Below, piece after piece: positions 1-10,848 of a DNA stretch of 64,000 nt (positions within the stretch are counted from its first letter, which is position 1; every line of letters starts with the position of its first letter). The notes beneath the pieces are model-generated. The model was not told the origin of the DNA. It saw only the letters and a program-made list of their open reading frames with translations, and ran no database searches. The position numbers and the translations under genes are program-made. The stretch comes from Methanobacteriota archaeon (GTDB taxonomy: Archaea > Thermoplasmatota > E2 > DHVEG-1): contig CAVYNH010000004.1 of NCBI GenBank assembly GCA_963769885.1, positions 32,001-96,000 of the forward strand, given 5' to 3'.

Positions 1-552
1 GAAGAAGATGGCGAGCGCCAGCGGCAGCATGAGCAGGGGCTGGGTGGGGAACACCGCGATACCGCCCCAGAAGGGGATGGCACCGACGCCGAAGGCGACG
101 GCCATGTGCCCGAAGATGCCGTGGTGCTTCCCATAGTAGTTGTAGTACAACCCAACGATGACGAGGATGAAGGTGAACACGGCACAGGTCCAGTTGATTT
201 GCCCGGTCTCAGGATAGGAAACATAGGCTCCGAGGAAAATCGATGCGACCATTAGGATGATCCCTGTGTAGTACACGGTTTTCTCCTTGAGGATGCCGGC
301 GGGGACGGGTTTCTTGGGCCGGTTCACCCGGTCCGACTCCAGGTCCGTGATGTCGTTGTGGAGCATGGTGCCGGTGGAGAGGAACGCGGGGGTCAGGATG
401 ACAAGGAGGAGTTGAGAGGCGGAGAGGCTCACGGATTTGTCGATGTAGAGGGAGCAGTTCAGGGCGCTGACGAGTGCTCCGAAGCTGCAGAGAAAGAGGA
501 TGGGCGGACGGATCATCCGTATCCATGCTATGAGTAAGGTCCTGAACCTCAT
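1..552 (-). CDS. UbiA-family prenyltransferase (DGGGP synthase-like), 3' end runs off the window
   Basis: Not in the ORF track. Hand translation from ATG at 552 gives MRFRTLLIAWIRMIRPP...MLHNDITDLESDRVNRPKKPVPAG, with the NDxxDxxxD motif and hydrophobic helices, open to base 1. Confidence 0.85.
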   Translation of the reverse strand, partial: MRFRTLLIAWIRMIRPPILFLCSFGALVSALNCSLYIDKSVSLSASQLLLVILTPAFLSTGTMLHNDITDLESDRVNRPKKPVPAGILKEKTVYYTGIILMVASIFLGAYVSYPETGQINWTCAVFTFILVIVGLYYNYYGKHHGIFGHMAVAFGVGAIPFWGGIAVFPTQPLLMLPLALAIFF

Positions 553-617
553 GGCGTCTGAGAATAGGGAGCAGTATTTATTACTTAATGTTTTCTCCCC
601 CTAGAAAAAGGGGGGGG

Positions 618-1295
618 TTATGCAAGGCCGTAGAACTCGAAGAGTCGGACGATGCCGCCGTGGACCAGGAAGATCACTGACCCGGTGATGGCCAAGGAGA
701 AGATTGCGAGGAGGACTTTCCTGTTGTCGGAGAACCGGGAGCGTTCGATAGAAATGGTTGCGAAGGTGATGAAGAACAGCAGGAGGAACCAGCCGATGAA
801 GTTGAGGACCGGGACGTCGTAGTATTTCAGTCCGGTGAGGGATCCTTTCCAGATCCACCAGTGGTTATGGTGCGCGATCGGGTCCTCTAAGAGGTCCAGG
901 CAGACGCCCGAGGCGCCTGTGATGAGTGAGACTAGAATGATTTGCAAGCGGTTCGTCTTTTCATAGAGGTTGTAGACGACGTGCTTGCCGATGTTCATGA
1001 ACAGGAAGAAGTTGACGCTCCAGGCGACGATGATGCTCAGGGGGACGGCACCGCCGACGGCGGAGATGTAGATGAGATAGCCGTTATAGTAGTAGCGTCC
1101 GCCGGCGACCCCCGCGGACTCGATGAACATGGTGGTGAGGATGATAGGGAGGAAATAAATCAGGGTTTTATGGACCCCGAATCGTTTGTACGAGTAGTAG
1201 AGGAAGACCAGCCAGAGGACGGCGCATAGCACGACAAAGGGGGCCAGCAGCTGGGTCCCCTCGCCGAAATGAGGGTTGAACTCGAGGAGACTCAT
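618..1295 (-). CDS. Carotenoid biosynthesis protein, CruF/DUF422-like membrane hydratase
   Basis: Motifs E-x-x-G...G-R-Y-Y-Y, VPLSIIVAW, DLLEDP, WWIW and VPVLNFIGWF; multiple TM helices. Confidence 0.75.
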   Translation of the reverse strand: MSLLEFNPHFGEGTQLLAPFVVLCAVLWLVFLYYSYKRFGVHKTLIYFLPIILTTMFIESAGVAGGRYYYNGYLIYISAVGGAVPLSIIVAWSVNFFLFMNIGKHVVYNLYEKTNRLQIILVSLITGASGVCLDLLEDPIAHHNHWWIWKGSLTGLKYYDVPVLNFIGWFLLLFFITFATISIERSRFSDNRKVLLAIFSLAITGSVIFLVHGGIVRLFEFYGLA

Positions 1296-1633
1296 GGGCT
1301 CGTCACCTGCGTTTTCTGCTTGCGCCTTCGGGTGAGAATCAGGAGCAGCAAGGGGATGAGTGCGATGAAACCATTCACAATAGTCGGGATGAGGAAGTCG
1401 GACAAGACCCCGATCACCACAAGGACAACCCAGGCAGCCAGATAGAAGATGAAGAGACTATTGATGCTGAAGTTGCCGATTCTTTTATAATCCTCTTGGA
1501 GGTTTTCTTCCTCGATAGGGGTGTCTTTTTTTCCGGTGAAATACAGGATCATGGTGATGATAAACCCGCCGAGTAAGACAGGAACGAAGAACGCGAGGCG
1601 GTCGACGATATACTGGATGACGGTGTTTTCCAT
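1292..1633 (-). CDS. Hypothetical membrane protein (about 3 TM)
   Basis: Hydrophobic 113-aa ORF with an ATGA overlap onto the CruF-like gene. Confidence 0.7.
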   Translation of the reverse strand: MENTVIQYIVDRLAFFVPVLLGGFIITMILYFTGKKDTPIEEENLQEDYKRIGNFSINSLFIFYLAAWVVLVVIGVLSDFLIPTIVNGFIALIPLLLLILTRRRKQKTQVTSP

Positions 1634-1842
1634 GAGGGCTGACCGGGGGAGGGCATCCTCATAACCACTTAAGAAGGTTCCTGTTTTTCCTCCTAGGTGG
1701 CCGCCTTCGCCGTCATCTTTGCCCTCATCCTCTTTCCTGGCTTCGGGTTTCTTCAGTCAAACCTCGTCTTGCACGGGACCTTTCTGCACTGGAAGACTAT
1801 GTAGGAAAACCTTCAAGTATCCCTGACGGGTTGCTGACCCCC

Positions 1843-2847
1843 ATGAAACGGGCAGTTGGGCTGGCACGCCTAATACGGCTACCAGGTATTGGCGCACTCG
1901 GAACCCCCCCTCTGATCGGGGCACTCACCGTCGGAGTCTTCGATATCCCAAGCCTCATCATCCTCTTCGCCATCGGCGCCTTGGCCGGTATCTTCGGCTT
2001 CATCCTCAATGATTTCGTGGACGCCGAACTCGACCGACTCGTCCCCGAACTCCAGGAAAAGCCCTTAGTGAGTGGTGTAATCCAACGCAAGACCGCGGTT
2101 TTCATCTGCGCCCTCTGCGCGATCTTCGCCTTCTTCCTCCTGATCATACTCTATCACGGACAGATTGTGACAACAGGAAGAGTCTATGCCGCGCTGATGC
2201 TCGTCCTCGCCGGCATCCTCGGCAGCATCTACGACATGTACGGCAAGAAGCTGCCCGGCTCCGATTTCCTCGTCTCCATCTCCATGGCCTTCCTCGTCCT
2301 CCTCGGCGCGCTCAGCTTCGGCACCCCCAACGTCCTCACCTGGATCGTCTTTGTCCTCACCTTCAATCAATCCCTGCACATGAACGCCATTGAAGGCGGC
2401 ATCAAAGACGCGGACCACGACTACAAGATGGGCGTCCTTAATATCGCCTACATCGCGGGCGTCCGCGTCGATGGCGAGAAGCTCACCATCCCCTGGCCAT
2501 TTAAAGCCTTCGGCCTCGGCATCCGACTCACCTCCGCCTTCCTCTTCTTTACCCCCTTCCTCTTCTTCGGCTTTGAGTACCCGATCTGGGTCCTCGTCCT
2601 GCTCGCCGTTGCAACCGCCATCGTCCTCTTCTTCAGCTTCCGCCTTGTCATGATGAACCGGTTCGACCGCGACCGGATCCGCAAATACATCGGGCTCCAA
2701 TCCTTCCTCCGCTACAGCCTCGTCCCTATCATGCTCTATCCCGTCATCGGCTGGCTGGCGATGCTCATCCTGATCGTGTACCCCATCGTCTGGTACATCG
2801 CGTTCACCCCGCTCGTCAAAGAAAAACTCTTCAAACCCAGGATGTGA
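1843..2847 (+). CDS. UbiA-family prenyltransferase
   Basis: LNDFVDAELD and IKDADHD Asp-rich motifs; polytopic. ATG at 1843 preferred over TTG at 1831. Confidence 0.85.
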   Translation: MKRAVGLARLIRLPGIGALGTPPLIGALTVGVFDIPSLIILFAIGALAGIFGFILNDFVDAELDRLVPELQEKPLVSGVIQRKTAVFICALCAIFAFFLLIILYHGQIVTTGRVYAALMLVLAGILGSIYDMYGKKLPGSDFLVSISMAFLVLLGALSFGTPNVLTWIVFVLTFNQSLHMNAIEGGIKDADHDYKMGVLNIAYIAGVRVDGEKLTIPWPFKAFGLGIRLTSAFLFFTPFLFFGFEYPIWVLVLLAVATAIVLFFSFRLVMMNRFDRDRIRKYIGLQSFLRYSLVPIMLYPVIGWLAMLILIVYPIVWYIAFTPLVKEKLFKPRM

Positions 2848-2914
2848 GACCCCGGACCACCACCCCAAGCCCCAGTCTCCCCTTGACTGTCCTTTCTCCC
2901 GGAGAAAACGACAA

Positions 2915-2927
2915 ATTATTTATATAG
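2915..2927 (+). promoter_or_regulatory. Probable TATA box
   Basis: ATTATTTATATAG island in GC-rich intergenic DNA upstream of the 3030 gene. Confidence 0.4.
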
Positions 2928-3029
2928 TGAGCGGGCATGCGGTATACGAAAGCCTGGTTAACGCACGACGTTCCCAAGACCTTCCCACACCCAACCATCG
3001 GGGTGTAACCGGGCAGGGGAGACACTCAC

Positions 3030-3998
3030 GTGACTGTTAAACTGACCATGAAGCAACCCTATAGCCGCACGCACATCCTCTCCAAGAAAATCCGCGCATA
3101 CATCGACCTGCTCCGGCCATTCACCCTCATCGCCCCCTTTTTCGTCGCCATGTTCATCATGCTCGCCAGCCTCGTCTCCCACTACCCGTTTGACAAATTC
3201 CCCTCGAACTGGTGGATTACCATCGGCCAGGCGAGCCTGACCCTCGCCTTCCTCAACGCTGCAAGCAACTCCCTCAACCAATCCACCGACGTCGAATCCG
3301 ACAAAATCTCCAAACCCTATCGTCCCATCCCCAAAGGCCTCGTGGAAAAAGACGAAGCCCAGAGCATCGCCTACATCCTCTACCTCTTTGCGCTTCTGCG
3401 AGCCGTCACCATCAACCTCTGGTTCGGCGTCTTCGTCTTCCTCATCATGATCTTCACGGTCGTCTACAGCCTCCCGCCCCGCATGAAACGCTTCCTCTTC
3501 CTCAACCAAACCTGGATCGCCATCCCCCGCGGCCTCTTCGCCGTCCTCGCCAGCTGGAGCGTCTTCAACGACCCCTTCGCCCCCGAACCGCTCCTAATCG
3601 GCATCATCGCCATGGTTTTCTTCATGGGCGCCATGACCACCAAGGACATCGTCGACTGCGAAGCCGACCGAAAAACCGGCACCCGCACCCTCATCAATAC
3701 CTACGGTCTGAAAAAAGCCGCCTACATCAGCCTCCCCTTCCTCATCATCCCCTTCGCCAGCATCCCCGTCTTCATCCATTACGGCATCTTCCAGCCCTAC
3801 TTCCTCCCCCTCACCATCCTCGTCATACCCGCTTTCTACATCTTCTACCTCATGCTTAAACAACACCAGAATCAGACCATGGAGAATGTCTCCGCCTGGT
3901 CCCTCATGTACATCACCTACCTCATCTACGCCGTCAGCTTCACCACGCTGATCATCCTCGGGGAACTCGGATACGTCTCCTTCTTCCCCCATCTCTAA
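3030..3998 (+). CDS. UbiA-family prenyltransferase (NQxxDxxxD variant)
   Basis: LNQSTDVESDKISKPYRPIPKG, YSLPP and KDIVDCEADRKTG motifs. Confidence 0.88.
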   Translation: MTVKLTMKQPYSRTHILSKKIRAYIDLLRPFTLIAPFFVAMFIMLASLVSHYPFDKFPSNWWITIGQASLTLAFLNAASNSLNQSTDVESDKISKPYRPIPKGLVEKDEAQSIAYILYLFALLRAVTINLWFGVFVFLIMIFTVVYSLPPRMKRFLFLNQTWIAIPRGLFAVLASWSVFNDPFAPEPLLIGIIAMVFFMGAMTTKDIVDCEADRKTGTRTLINTYGLKKAAYISLPFLIIPFASIPVFIHYGIFQPYFLPLTILVIPAFYIFYLMLKQHQNQTMENVSAWSLMYITYLIYAVSFTTLIILGELGYVSFFPHL

Positions 3999-4012
3999 CC
4001 CCTTGAGGTCTC

Positions 4013-7000
4013 ATGCCCACACTCCGCGCCGCCGGCATGGATGCTGCCCAGCGAGGACACAACCGACACGCCCTCCTGGCCATCACCCTCGCCCTGGCCC
4101 TCCTCCTCCCCTGCCTCACTGCCAGGCCTCTTCTCGCTGCAGTCGACACTATCCCCTCCTGGAACGCCCAGTTCCCCAGCAGCCAAGAACTCATCATGCC
4201 CTACAACACCAGCCTACCCCGCGCCAAAAACCAGGCCATCGACCTCCCCATCACCTTCCACGGCCCCTGCTGGACCACCAACCCGACCCAGACCTCCGTC
4301 CGCGTCGCCTGCTGGAACGGCACCGGCTGGACCGAACTCCCCTCCCAAATCTATAACCTCCAGACCGCCAACGACACCAGCCACATCAAAGCCTGCAACC
4401 TCGTCTTCCTCATCCCCGACACCGCGAACGGCCACGAACGCTACTACATCCACTACAGCGCCAACCAAACCCCCCCACCCGACTACCCCGACCACCTCAG
4501 CATCGTCGACGCCACCTACCAGTTCGCCCCCATCAAGGAAATCTCCGCCGAAGCCCACTTCTACGGCATCGTCGAAGACGGCTACAGCATCTACGGCATC
4601 GGCGAAGAAGGCAAAGTACTCGACCGCGCCTGCGCCCAAGTCGTCGTCAAACAACACAAAGGAGCCACCACCTTCGACGCCCTCAACTCCGACCAATTCG
4701 TCAGCTATGCCTTCTCCTACTACTACGGCACCGACGAAAAAGACGAAAGCAGCAGCGACCAGGTCTTCCTCAGCAAACAAATCCTCGTCGACGGCCCCCT
4801 CATGGTCACCGTTAAAATCAGCAGCCAATCCAGCCTTGCCGACGTCCGAACCACCAACGAATACCGCTACTACTACACCCCCGGCGACGACAAACGCATC
4901 TACGTCCACGCCAAACACGAAATGCTCAAAGCCGCCACCGTCAAAGGCCTCGACGACATCGACGGCCGCTACGGCAGCATCATCTCAGTAAAAGCCCGCA
5001 GCAGCACCATCCCCAGCCTCAACATGGGCGACATCAACCCCCTCCTCGACTTCAACAGCACCACCAAACCCGTCGAAGAATACCAAATGGACCTCAACCC
5101 CGAAACCACCGACCGCGAATGGATCATCCCCTACCAAGACAACGCCGACCTCGGCCCCGACGCCTGGCTCTCCTACGGCGACGGCATCATCGGCCGCGCC
5201 AGCGCCGTCATCTTCGCCACCAACACCGGTCTCATCACCCAAGGCACCAACGAAAACGACGGCATCCAACTCAAAGTCTGCGAAAAACAATACTTCGACT
5301 TCCTCGGCACCCAAGTCGACTACGCCAGCCTCAACTTCGGCCGTAACTCCTACGACCCCACCAAAGGCCACGACATCACCATCCCCGCCAACCTCATCGT
5401 CCAATTCGACGCCGAAACCTTCTACACCTCCACCGGCGGCTACACCGCCACCCAACAAGAAGCCCACCTCTTCCAATCCCTCATCCGCAACCACACCCAA
5501 AACACCGCTCCCCCCACCAACGCCACCCGCTACAACCTCACCGTCAGCGCCTACTTCGGCGGCACCTTCCTCACATTTCCCTGGCTCGCCGAACACCCCA
5601 CCGTCACCATGCAACTCTACCAAAACGATACCTATCTCACTACCATCCAAGCCAACGGCACGACCATCCTTAGCAGCGCCACCGCCACCTTCCCCAACAT
5701 CACCGCTGGCCTATACATCGCCAAAGTCTACCTCAAAATTAGCAACACCCGCTTCCTCATCGGCGCCGCCGTCATCCCTGTCAACAAAAGCCTTACCACT
5801 CAAATCATCTGCACCTGGGAACGTGCCATCAAAGTCACCGCCCTAAACCAATACAACCACGGCATCCCTAACGTCCTCGTTCACCTCCAGAACAAGGACG
5901 GCCTCATCTTCGATTGCAACACCACTGACACCACCGGCAGCATCACCCTCCATGCCCCCTACAACCCCAACGATCCATACAAAGTCACGGCGTTCTACAA
6001 ACAACGCCAAATCTTTAACACAACCCTCCCTGCAACCCTCCAATATGCCGCTGCGAGCATCACCCTCGCCCTCTACAACTTCACTATAAAACTCGTCGAC
6101 GCCTACAACCTCCCCCCCGCCGTCGACGCCAGCCCACAACTCCTCCTTCAAAACGATAACCAGACTATCCCGATTTTCCCGGATATTGTCAATCAGAACT
6201 ATTATACTTTTACCAATCTCTTCGCTGGCAACTACACCGCCCAAATCCTTTACCGTAACCACATCGACTCCTCCTCTCTTACCATCCCTGAAAACGGCCT
6301 CGTTATCCAGATGATGTTCACCCAGACCTACCCGGCTACCTTTGACCTCTACGACGTGCGAGGAAACCCGATCACCGCCAGCGACGTCCTCCTCAGAGTC
6401 ATGCGCAACAGCACACTAGTCTACAGCTCATTCAAACACAGCATCTCGCTGCCCCCCGCCGAGTACGAAATCCTCTTCTACTCCGAGAACCGTCTCATTG
6501 CATCGAAAACCCTGGACCTCACCAGTGAACACCATAGCAGCATCGTCACTACCCTGGACCCTCAGCTGCCTCCCTTCACTATTGCGGCCAGCATTGCCGC
6601 CTTCGCGGCAGCCGCCATCCTCGCCGCACTCCGCAAGATCCGTCTACGCACTCTCTTTCTCGCCCTCGCCTTCTCCCTTATCCTCCTCGCGATTGTCCAG
6701 CCCTGGTGGGAGCTTGATGGTGCTAGGACGAATCCGTCGGCTACCCGGCATATCGATATGTTCATTCAACCGGGCGTCCTCATGGAGACACTCACAAGCT
6801 CGATGGTCACTCAACGAACGATATCCGAGATGCCCCCGCAGTTCATCTCGTTCCTCGGCCTCCTCATCCTTATACTCATGATCGCCTGTGGTATGGCAGT
6901 AGCAACAATCGGCATCTCATTGCATAAAAAACCGTGGTACAGCCTGATCATCCAGCCCGTTCTCATTTGTCTTCTGATAGGCATCGCGGTTGTATACGTC

Positions 7001-7228
7001 TATGGAACTTCGATTCTCACGAACATCGGCATCGGATCACTCCAAGGTTCGGGACCTTTGATCGTGAGCGTGGGCAACGTCAATTTGAATATCCCCTCAT
7101 CCTGGGGGCTAAGCAGCGGCTTCTATCTTCTCATCCTAGCCGCTGTTGCGACAGCGATAGCATTCTCGCTTACCTTGCTTGAATGGCGAAAGAAGAGACG
7201 ATTGTTAGAAGAGCGAACCCGACCGTGA
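4013..7228 (+). CDS. Large exported/membrane protein with beta-sandwich repeats and C-terminal TM helices; function unknown
   Basis: 1071-aa ORF with an N-terminal hydrophobic segment, beta-rich body and about 5 C-terminal TM segments; starts 14 bp after the UbiA gene. Confidence 0.75.
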   Translation: MPTLRAAGMDAAQRGHNRHALLAITLALALLLPCLTARPLLAAVDTIPSWNAQFPSSQELIMPYNTSLPRAKNQAIDLPITFHGPCWTTNPTQTSVRVACWNGTGWTELPSQIYNLQTANDTSHIKACNLVFLIPDTANGHERYYIHYSANQTPPPDYPDHLSIVDATYQFAPIKEISAEAHFYGIVEDGYSIYGIGEEGKVLDRACAQVVVKQHKGATTFDALNSDQFVSYAFSYYYGTDEKDESSSDQVFLSKQILVDGPLMVTVKISSQSSLADVRTTNEYRYYYTPGDDKRIYVHAKHEMLKAATVKGLDDIDGRYGSIISVKARSSTIPSLNMGDINPLLDFNSTTKPVEEYQMDLNPETTDREWIIPYQDNADLGPDAWLSYGDGIIGRASAVIFATNTGLITQGTNENDGIQLKVCEKQYFDFLGTQVDYASLNFGRNSYDPTKGHDITIPANLIVQFDAETFYTSTGGYTATQQEAHLFQSLIRNHTQNTAPPTNATRYNLTVSAYFGGTFLTFPWLAEHPTVTMQLYQNDTYLTTIQANGTTILSSATATFPNITAGLYIAKVYLKISNTRFLIGAAVIPVNKSLTTQIICTWERAIKVTALNQYNHGIPNVLVHLQNKDGLIFDCNTTDTTGSITLHAPYNPNDPYKVTAFYKQRQIFNTTLPATLQYAAASITLALYNFTIKLVDAYNLPPAVDASPQLLLQNDNQTIPIFPDIVNQNYYTFTNLFAGNYTAQILYRNHIDSSSLTIPENGLVIQMMFTQTYPATFDLYDVRGNPITASDVLLRVMRNSTLVYSSFKHSISLPPAEYEILFYSENRLIASKTLDLTSEHHSSIVTTLDPQLPPFTIAASIAAFAAAAILAALRKIRLRTLFLALAFSLILLAIVQPWWELDGARTNPSATRHIDMFIQPGVLMETLTSSMVTQRTISEMPPQFISFLGLLILILMIACGMAVATIGISLHKKPWYSLIIQPVLICLLIGIAVVYVYGTSILTNIGIGSLQGSGPLIVSVGNVNLNIPSSWGLSSGFYLLILAAVATAIAFSLTLLEWRKKRRLLEERTRP

Positions 7229-8087
7229 AGAGAAAATAGGTCAGGTACATCGCCATCCATGCACTCGTATTTTCCAATGATCGACGCCGATCATCACGTA
7301 CAAGAAGAACAGCAATCAAAACCCCGCAGAGCATAAGTCCCGCCAAGACGAGGAACGCCTGCGGGAGGACTCCAACGATGACCAGGGGTATGACTGCGGC
7401 GAAGGAGGAGACCATGATGATGGCGGAGAGCATCGCTGTCTTGCGCACGCCCAGGGCGTTGCAGAGAGTGTGCGTCCCTACGGAGCGGTCTGCCGCTGTA
7501 TCCAGGACGTCTTTGGTCGCCGTGCCACCGAAGAGGAACACCGACGCGATGCCGCCGATAGCCAGGGGAAGGCTCTGGAACGGGTTTGCGAAGACACTCC
7601 ATGATGCTAAAATCCCGAACAACCCCCGGGGTAGAGCCACCCAGAGTTGGTTGATGGCCAGGTGCTGTTTCATGCGGGGAGGCAGCGAATAAGTGATTGT
7701 GAAGAGGGCGATGATGAACACGAACCCAGCGAAGAGGACGTGGACGAAGAACGCTATAGATAAGGACAGGAAATATAAGAGGAGGGAAATCGTGTACGCT
7801 TCCCGAAGCGTGATGAGCTTTTTTGGTAGGGGTCGATAGGGCTTCGAGAGGCAGTCTTCCTCGTAGTCTGCTGCTTGGTTCAGCGCATTGGAGGCGCCGT
7901 TGAGGAGGGCGAGGCTGAGACTGGCCGGCAACATCGCGCCGAGAAGAGAGAGAATGGGGAGGGAGTGGGCGGCGGCGTAGACGTAGCTGGCAGCCATGAC
8001 GCTGATGCTGACGATGAGTGGGGCGAGTAGGGTGAATGGCCGTAGGAGAAGCAGGTACTTGTGGAGGGTACTGAAGGTCTTCCTCAT
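7170..8087 (-). CDS. UbiA-family prenyltransferase (NQxxDxxxD variant), paralog of 3030..3998
   Basis: LLRPFTLLAP, LNQAADYEEDCLSKPYRPLPK, YSLPPRMK and KDVLDTAADRSVG motifs. Confidence 0.88.
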   Translation of the reverse strand: MRKTFSTLHKYLLLLRPFTLLAPLIVSISVMAASYVYAAAHSLPILSLLGAMLPASLSLALLNGASNALNQAADYEEDCLSKPYRPLPKKLITLREAYTISLLLYFLSLSIAFFVHVLFAGFVFIIALFTITYSLPPRMKQHLAINQLWVALPRGLFGILASWSVFANPFQSLPLAIGGIASVFLFGGTATKDVLDTAADRSVGTHTLCNALGVRKTAMLSAIIMVSSFAAVIPLVIVGVLPQAFLVLAGLMLCGVLIAVLLVRDDRRRSLENTSAWMAMYLTYFLFTVGFALLTIVSSFAIQAR

Positions 8088-8148
8088 CTATAGGGTGTTC
8101 TGTTTGTACTGCCTTATAAAGGATTTGTGACAGGTGGTGTCCGTTTGG

Positions 8149-8652
8149 TTAGGGGTGGTCTTTGAGTCGGTCTTGTCCGTGGATTTCTTTGATGATGTCG
8201 ACGACGGCTGGAGGGACGAGATGTGTCCAGCGGCCGCCGGTGGCGAGTCGGCTGCGGATTTCTTTGCCGCTGTAGTGGTCGCGGTGATAGAGGGGGGTGC
8301 GTTTGACGTGGAAGCCGTGCTGAGTGAAGAGGCGGGTGGTTTCGGGGTTGTTGGTGATGACGTCGGTGAAGTCGGTGACGTAGGTGAGGACGTGGTCGAC
8401 CCAGTGGGGTGGGTCGTGGATGTCGGGGATGGCGATGATGCGGTAGTTGGTGATGCCGGCGTTGGTGAGTGATCTGGTGATCATTTCGCGTCGTTCGTCG
8501 TAGGAAAAAGGGTTCTCGGCGGTGTGGCTGTATTGGGAGGAGCCGACGCCGATGATGATTTCGGTGTAGGTGGGGCTGAGGGTTTGGATGAGGTGGAGGT
8601 GGCCGTTATGGAATGGTTGGAAGCGTCCGATGAGGAGTGCGTTCATGGCCAT
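8149..8652 (-). CDS. nadM: Nicotinamide-nucleotide adenylyltransferase
   Basis: GRFQPFHNGH (HxGH), GSSQ..HT.ENPF, ER..MI and SGKEIR motifs. Confidence 0.92.
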   Translation of the reverse strand: MAMNALLIGRFQPFHNGHLHLIQTLSPTYTEIIIGVGSSQYSHTAENPFSYDERREMITRSLTNAGITNYRIIAIPDIHDPPHWVDHVLTYVTDFTDVITNNPETTRLFTQHGFHVKRTPLYHRDHYSGKEIRSRLATGGRWTHLVPPAVVDIIKEIHGQDRLKDHP

Positions 8653-8673
8653 TCCACCTGGCTCATTTTTGTG

Positions 8674-10737
8674 TTAGGGTGTTTTGTTTGGGTTTTTGGT
8701 TTCGCGGTATTCGATTTCCTTGAGTTTTTTGTCCTCTATTTTGACGAGGGGGGTTGATTTGCGTTCGGATTCCATCTCGACTTTGCCGGTGATTTTTGGT
8801 GGTTTCATTAGGCGGAGTTTCTGGAGGAGTTCTTCTTTGCCGGGGCCGGTGAGTGCGTTTTCGAGGACGTCGGTGAGGGTTTCGACCGGGATGATTTTGA
8901 TTTTGTCTTTGTAGCGGTCTTCGATGAGGATGTCGTTTAGGTTTTTCTTGGGGATGAGGACGGTGTCCATGCCGGCTTCGGCTGCTGCCTCGATTTTGGC
9001 GGTGACGCCGCCGATGGGGAGGACGGTGCCGCGGATGCTGATGGATCCGGTCATGGCGACGTTCTGCTTCACCGGGACGTTTTCCATGGCGCTGATGACG
9101 GCGGTGATGAGGCTGATGCTGGCGCTGTCGCCTTCGACTCCTTCGTAGGTGCCGATGAACTGGATGTGGATGTCGTGGGTGGAGATGTCTCGGCCCATGT
9201 ATTTCTTGATGATCGCGCTGATGTTTTGTACGGATTCTTTGGCGATCTCGCCGAGTTTGCCGGTGGCGATGACTTTGCCTTCGGATTGGCTGCCGGCGGG
9301 GGTGACTTCGGCGACGATGGGCAGGACGAGTCCGCTGAACTCGCTCATGCTGGGGTCTGCGGAGTGGACGGCGAGTCCGTTGACGACGCCGACTTCTTCG
9401 CCTTCGATGCGGAAGGAGCGGTAGGCTTTTTGGCTTTCGAGGGCGCGGTCTGCCACTTGTTGCTCGAGGCTGCGGGCGATCTGTTTTGCCGCTAGGACGT
9501 GGTCTTGGGTGACGAGTTTGTCCCCGCGTTCGTAGGCGATGTCGCCGGCGACTCTGATGAGTCCGCCGAGTTCACGGAGACGCAGGGAGAGTTTGCCTTT
9601 GCGTCCGGCGCGGCGTTGGGCCTCGTGGATGATTTCTCCGACTGCTTCTTTGTTGAAGTGGGAGATCTTGGAGTCTTTTTTGACTTCCTGGGCGACGAAG
9701 CGGATGAGTTTGGTGCGGTTTTCTTCGGTGTCGTTCATCGTGCTCCAGAGGTAGCTTTCGTAGCCGTAGCCGCGGATACGGGACCGGAGCGCTGGGTGCA
9801 TGCCGTTGAGGGCGTCGAGGTTGCCGGCGGAGACCAGGATGAAGTCGCAGGGTGCGGGCTCGGTTTTGACCATAGCGCCGAAGCTGCGTTCGGATTGTCC
9901 GGTGATCTGGAATTTCTTCTCCTGGATCGCGGTGAGGAGGTGTTGTTGTGAGGGCAGGCTGAGGGTGTTGATTTCGTCGATGTAGAGGACGCCTTTGTGT
10001 GCGCGGTGGATGGCGCCGGCTTCGACGAGCTGGTGCGGTGGCGTCTCAAGTCCTGCGGATTGGAATGGGTCGTGGCGGACGTCGCCGAGCAGCGCACCGG
10101 AGTGTGCCGCGGTGGCGTCGATGAAGGGTGGGAGGTCGTTTTTCTCGTGGCCGACGAGGATTTTGGGGATCATTTGTATTTCTTTGCGTTGTGAGAGTCC
10201 TCCTCGGGCGATGATGAGGTAGATGAAGACAGCTGCGAAGATGCCGAGGAGGGCGTATTCCAGGTGGTTGGTGAGGAAGGCGGCGGCGATGGAGAAGACG
10301 ACGATCATGAGGACGATGCTGAGCATGAAGTTGTTCTGCTGCTCCGCTTTCTTTTTAGCTTGTTCGCGTTGGCTGCGGATGATGTCTTGTGCTTTGCCGC
10401 TGGGGACGACGCGGATGGTGGGGGTGTTGGTGTCCTCGTTGTTGGGGTAGACGATGATGTCTTCCAGTTCGCCTTTGGGGAGGAACTCAGTCATGGCTCG
10501 GGCGATCATGGATTTGCCGGTGCCGGGGTCGCCGATGAGCATGACGTGGCGTTTCTGCTCCGCCGCTTTCTTGATAATCGTCACGGTCTGGTCTTGTCCG
10601 ATGACCTGTTCGAGGAGGGTGTCTGGGACTTTGATTTCCTCGGTGGTGCGGAAGTTGACGGTCTTGATCCATTCCTTGATTGGGGGAAGGGCCTCCGCCG
10701 TGACAGGTTCTTCACTGGCTTCGGTTGTCCTAGTCAT
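8674..10737 (-). CDS. lonB: Archaeal membrane-anchored ATP-dependent protease LonB
   Basis: Walker A GDPGTGKS, two TM helices inside the AAA domain, YIDEI, catalytic GDSAS and GGVTAK (Ser-Lys dyad). Confidence 0.96.
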   Translation of the reverse strand: MTRTTEASEEPVTAEALPPIKEWIKTVNFRTTEEIKVPDTLLEQVIGQDQTVTIIKKAAEQKRHVMLIGDPGTGKSMIARAMTEFLPKGELEDIIVYPNNEDTNTPTIRVVPSGKAQDIIRSQREQAKKKAEQQNNFMLSIVLMIVVFSIAAAFLTNHLEYALLGIFAAVFIYLIIARGGLSQRKEIQMIPKILVGHEKNDLPPFIDATAAHSGALLGDVRHDPFQSAGLETPPHQLVEAGAIHRAHKGVLYIDEINTLSLPSQQHLLTAIQEKKFQITGQSERSFGAMVKTEPAPCDFILVSAGNLDALNGMHPALRSRIRGYGYESYLWSTMNDTEENRTKLIRFVAQEVKKDSKISHFNKEAVGEIIHEAQRRAGRKGKLSLRLRELGGLIRVAGDIAYERGDKLVTQDHVLAAKQIARSLEQQVADRALESQKAYRSFRIEGEEVGVVNGLAVHSADPSMSEFSGLVLPIVAEVTPAGSQSEGKVIATGKLGEIAKESVQNISAIIKKYMGRDISTHDIHIQFIGTYEGVEGDSASISLITAVISAMENVPVKQNVAMTGSISIRGTVLPIGGVTAKIEAAAEAGMDTVLIPKKNLNDILIEDRYKDKIKIIPVETLTDVLENALTGPGKEELLQKLRLMKPPKITGKVEMESERKSTPLVKIEDKKLKEIEYRETKNPNKTP

Positions 10738-10848
10738 TCTTTTGTGGTGAGAGGATTACTGCATATAAGGCTTATGGATTTGGATTCAGTGTTGTACGGG
10801 TGTTGTGTGTGTTTTCTCTGTCAGTTTAAATGGTGGGGCGTCGTTGGC

